DNA of 64,000 bases, from the NCBI GenBank assembly GCA_030295235.1, contig AP026129.1:1054001-1118000 (forward strand). Direction: 5' to 3'. Positions 60,115 to 64,000 of this stretch are shown here, one piece after another (position 1 is the first letter of the stretch; the number at the start of each line of letters is the position of its first letter). Origin of the DNA: Fistulifera solaris. Taxonomy: Eukaryota. Both the position numbers and the translations under genes were made by a program. The notes below the pieces were generated by a model that did no database searches, had not been told where the DNA came from, and saw nothing but the letters and a program-made list of their open reading frames with translations.

Positions 60115-60426
60115 CAGGCTGCTTGCACATAAATGAAGAAAGGAAGGTTCGGTATCAGGAGTTGTTCCATCATGACCACAGCAGCTTTTTTCCGCTAATC
60201 TAATGTAGCTAATGGCAACAGGCTGCTTGCACATAAATGAAGAAAGGAAGGTTCGGTATCAGGAGTTGTTCCATCATGACCACAGCAGCTTTTTTCCGCT
60301 AATCTAATGTAGCTAATGGCAACAGGCTGCTTGCACATAAATGAAGAAAGGAAGGTTCGGTATCAGGAGTTGTTCCATCATGACCACAGCAGCTTTTTTC
60401 CGCTAATCTAATGTAGCTAATGGCAA
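60115..60426. repeat. Perfect tandem repeat, 3 x 104 bp
   Basis: Units start at 60115, 60219 and 60323 (CAGGCTGCTTGCACATAAATG...GCTAATGGCAA). Confidence 0.97.
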
Positions 60427-60625
60427 TGTGACATCCACGGAAAATTTCGGATGAGGCATCACAAGCCTCAAACGAATAATCGCAACACTGAGATACACAT
60501 CAAGAAATCTGCAACGTTTTGCTTTTCAAATCAATAGCTTTACTATGACTCGACTTCTATGTTGATTAGATACAGCTATCAGTGAAGCCTCTCCATTAGC
60601 AAAGAACAAATTCTGCGACGAAAGC

Positions 60626-60880
60626 TTATTTCTTGGCTCGTCCGGGAGTAACAAGCTCCCACAAACTGACGGTAAGCAAAAGCATACCGATGCTGCCGGT
60701 AGGGTACTCCGCCATGGACGCTACACCCCAATCGATGAACATAGGGCGAGGAGTCAAGGCTTTCGAAGCAGCGGGTGCAGCTGGCACGCGTGCTTGGGTC
60801 GCAGCAGGACGCACTGTAAAGGCCGAAACACTTTGAATAAGTGCAACCAAGAGAAGGACTAGGGTATGAAGCTTCATCAT
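60626..60880 (-). CDS. Small plastid-targeted single-TM protein
   Basis: Signal ...QSVSA-FTVRP, Ala/Pro/Arg-rich transit peptide, mature part MFIDWGVASMAEYPTGSIGMLLLTVSLWELVTPGRAKK. Confidence 0.8.
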   Translation of the reverse strand: MMKLHTLVLLLVALIQSVSAFTVRPAATQARVPAAPAASKALTPRPMFIDWGVASMAEYPTGSIGMLLLTVSLWELVTPGRAKK

Positions 60881-61115
60881 CTTGTTCAATGGAAGGTCGA
60901 GGGGCCACTGTTGAAGGAAAATGATTTGATTTCAATTTTCATAGAGATGTCAGAAAATTGTCAATGTGGTCGTTTTCAAAGAAAAACTAGGAACAAAAAG
61001 ATACCACCTCAATCAAAGTGTCATTGATATGCGTCGCAACGGTAACGAAATCACTGAACGTGGATCACACCTGTACGACATCATCCGGTACAGAATCACG
61101 TGCCAAAACTCCGTT

Positions 61116-62069
61116 TTAAAGATGAGAAAAGTGCCCTTTGTGCAACAAAGGATCCATCGCATGATCCCAATAAAGGATCGCGATACATGGCCTTCTTTGG
61201 CATGCACCGACGATTCCATTTCCTTGTATTCCAGCTCGTGTGACCTGGTTTCCGCCTGTCGCCACGACTCCGTTCATGAACTCAACAACCTGATCCCAAG
61301 CCGCTACAGCCTGTCTAGATCCGTCCCGATGCGCTTCAGGATTAACAAATGCATGCCCAACGCCATCATAGATTGTGATATTGTGTTCTATGTTTCGTAC
61401 TTCCATGGCGTTTGCAAATCCCAGCGCTTGTTCTGGAATCGGTCGATCGTCTCCTCCACGGAAAATGCCCAAAACCGGCGAGAACATTCCCAACAACCCC
61501 CATGCCTCGTCATCGGTTGGATCTTGGAAGCCATCTATGTAGGACCCATACAATGAAATGGTAGCTGCTACTCCTTTTCGTTTCGAAAACTCCAGTGCCT
61601 GTGATCCGCCAAAACAAAAGCCCGGTCCACTCATGAGAAGTGATTCATTGATGGCAACACTTTCTCGCAAATACTCCAGAGCGGCATCCATATCAGCATT
61701 GATGCGACTTTGGGGTGTACGACTCACGGTGGCAATGTTCCAAGGGATGTTCCACGACCGCGAAGAAACGCCGCGAAACAGATCGGGCGCCAACACAATA
61801 TATCCTTGTTCGGCCAGCAAGTCGGCAAAATAAATGGGCTCTTCGCTCATGCCATTCCAAGCATGCCATACTAGTGCCGTGGGATAGGTCGTTTCTTCAT
61901 TGTAACCGGGAGGCAACGCCAAATAGCCGCCCAGCGTCGTTTTGCCGTCGGAAGACGGGTATTGAACATTCGTGTACTTGCTCGAATTGAAAATCAAACC
62001 GGTTAAAGCCATGGTCCGGCCGATGATCCGCCAGAACAAGGGCATGTGACGGAGATTTAAGAATGTCAT
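61116..62069 (-). CDS. Dienelactone hydrolase family alpha/beta hydrolase
   Basis: WHAWNG, LAPDLFRG, GFCFGG nucleophile motif, YDGVGHAFVN. Confidence 0.9.
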   Translation of the reverse strand: MTFLNLRHMPLFWRIIGRTMALTGLIFNSSKYTNVQYPSSDGKTTLGGYLALPPGYNEETTYPTALVWHAWNGMSEEPIYFADLLAEQGYIVLAPDLFRGVSSRSWNIPWNIATVSRTPQSRINADMDAALEYLRESVAINESLLMSGPGFCFGGSQALEFSKRKGVAATISLYGSYIDGFQDPTDDEAWGLLGMFSPVLGIFRGGDDRPIPEQALGFANAMEVRNIEHNITIYDGVGHAFVNPEAHRDGSRQAVAAWDQVVEFMNGVVATGGNQVTRAGIQGNGIVGACQRRPCIAILYWDHAMDPLLHKGHFSHL

Positions 62070-62541
62070 TTATTGGAGCAAGGAACAGCGATGTGAGAAA
62101 AATAAGGAAGAAAAAAAAATACTACTGATATTGGTGTTGCGACGAAAGTTCCAAAAGTGCGCGCTGAGTACGTTTCGCTGAATAACATCGCACCGGTTCA
62201 AGTTTATAGGCTCGCTTCTACTTTTTATTCGACAAAACAAGGATGTCGACGTCACTAACAACAGGAACTCAACAAGATGATGACGTAGCAGACGTACGCT
62301 CAAAAGAAAATGTCAGAACGGATCGTTTTCGCAAAAGAAGAAAAGATTTTGCATGCCTGCATTTGAAGTCATCGTGCCTTGGTTCATCGATTCTTCAAGA
62401 GGAAAGAGAAACTTTAAGCTAGTTATTCATACCTTGTTGCTGCCTTGCGTAATTGACTGGAAAGTGCCGCCGCTTGAGTTGCTTTTACCTACGCAGTGCT
62501 TCATCTTGACGACCTGAAGAACATCGTTCGTTCAAAGCACC

Positions 62542-63857
62542 ATGAATCGTGTTGTTCCGTCGCTCGCCAGGACGCAGCGATCTCTGCGGTCCTTCTCATC
62601 TCCTTCGTACTGTCAGAAACTCATGTATCCGGTGGTTTCGAAGGAGGATTTTGGTGCCTTTAAAGAGTATTCGGTGATTCACACGGATCGTTCTTTGAAT
62701 CTAATGAGTGACCCCTTTCAGCGAGTGATGCGCGATCTCAACCAGCTTTTGAAGGTTACCTACAATGCCGATAAGGTCGTAATTATTCCAGGGTAAGTTG
62801 AGACGATGAGAGGTAGCGCGGCTGCTTACCGTTCTCACGGTCTCATTCTTATTTGTTCTGCAGTTCGGGTACATTTGGCATGGAATCGGTCGCTCGTCAA
62901 TACGCCACAAACGAACACGTCATGGTGATCCGCAATGGCTGGTTTTCTTATCGCTGGACCGAAATTTTCGATATGGGTCACATTTGCCACAGTCACACGG
63001 TTTTGAAAGCGGAACCGACCGGCACCGTCAACGGACACACACAGTTCGCTCCGCACGATATTGATAAGGTCGTGACGGCCATTTACAACGAACGACCAGC
63101 GGTGGTCTTTGCCCCGCATGTAGAAACTTCGACGGGCATGATGCTGTCGGATGATTACATTGCACGAGTGACGGAAGCCGTTCACAATGTTGGTGGTCTT
63201 TTTGTTCTTGATTGCATTGCCTCCGGAACCGTTTGGGTTGACATGAAGGCATTGGGTGTCGATGTTTTAATCACAGCTCCACAGAAAGGGTGGACGGGAC
63301 CACCATGTGCTGCCTTGGTTCAGCTCTCGCAAAAGGCTGTCGAAAAACTGCAAACGACCACGGAGACTTCGTTCAGTCTGAGTTTGAAGCGTTGGAGTGC
63401 CATCATGGATACCTATGAGAAAGGTGGATTTGGTTATCATACCACCATGCCGACAGATGCACTCCGTGATTTTCATGAGATTAGTGTAGAAACGCTGACA
63501 TTCGGCTTGCCCAATCTCCGAGAAGCGCAGTTGTCTTTAGGCAAACAAGCACGTGATATGTTGGATAGTAAAGGACTGGTTTCAGTGGCAGCCCCAGGTG
63601 CTCAAGCCCCCGGCGTCTGTGTCTACTACTCGCCTGCTAATACTGACAATCCCGTCATGATGCAGCAATTCAAGCAGCAAGGATTGCAAATCGCCATGGG
63701 TGTACCGTGGAAGATTGACGAACCGGAGGGCTTGAAGACATTCCGTATTGGTTTGTTTGGTCTGGACAAACTTGGAAATATTCCGCATACCATGTCTCTT
63801 TTGGAGAGTTCCTTGGATGTCGTCATGTCCGATCTGGCGGTTTCGAAAGCGGCATAA
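62542..63857 (+). CDS. Class V PLP aminotransferase (alanine-glyoxylate/serine-pyruvate type), mitochondrial presequence
   Basis: EYSVIHTDRSLN, IIPG|SGTFGME across intron 62793..62863, PHVETSTG, LDCIASG, TAPQKGW, YHTTMPT, TFRIGLFG. Confidence 0.92.
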
Positions 63858-64000
63858 AAAATTCAATGAAATAGATAGTTTTGGAAAAGATAATACTCCT
63901 GGGATTTAACTAAATGCACCACTGGACCTTTTGTTTATCGATAAACCTACAAATCACCAGAAAAGAAAGCTTCCGCATCACAGAGAAGAAATTCTTGTTC

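Noticed and set aside
60115..60426. Tandem repeat as a CRISPR array
   Set aside because: The units are contiguous and identical, with no unique spacers.

Overview
Gene-dense eukaryotic nuclear DNA, almost certainly from a raphid pennate diatom (Fistulifera/Phaeodactylum-like). Evidence: short 60-100 nt GT-AG introns, many bipartite plastid presequences with an A-x-A-F/Y cleavage motif, mitochondrial-presequence copies of KDPG aldolase and phosphoglycerate mutase, and diatom-style ankyrin, kinase and HA-repeat proteins. About 33 protein-coding loci are recognisable: an RPA49-like subunit, a 4-repeat MYB, RPT6, a Rab GTPase, an OSCA/CSC1 channel, an FAD monooxygenase, EDA, an S28 peptidase, a sphingosine kinase, a GT92-like tandem pair, a mitochondrial-carrier-family protein, a 5'-nucleotidase/EF-hand protein, TatB, fibrillin, an LtnD-like dehydrogenase-cupin fusion, GGT, an HA-repeat protein, a kinase, HINT, CDC123, dPGM, PRMT5, KRI1, a dienelactone hydrolase and a class V aminotransferase. 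At least a dozen genes, including essential ones, carry single-base frameshifts, often at homopolymers, which most likely reflects uncorrected long-read errors. Structure not explained by these genes: (i) an 80-bp palindromic element in three copies, two of them tandem with a 30-bp spacer; (ii) two diverged microprotein paralogues with a shared amphipathic helix, alone in a ~4.4-kb gene-poor stretch; (iii) a ~75-bp dispersed element upstream of two unrelated genes; (iv) a ~38-aa single-helix plastid protein; (v) a displaced 180-bp copy of a peptidase exon, a gene-conversion-like tract and a perfect 3x104-bp tandem repeat. No rRNA, tRNA, CRISPR array or transposase was found. All calls come from reading the sequence and recognising motifs; no searches were run.
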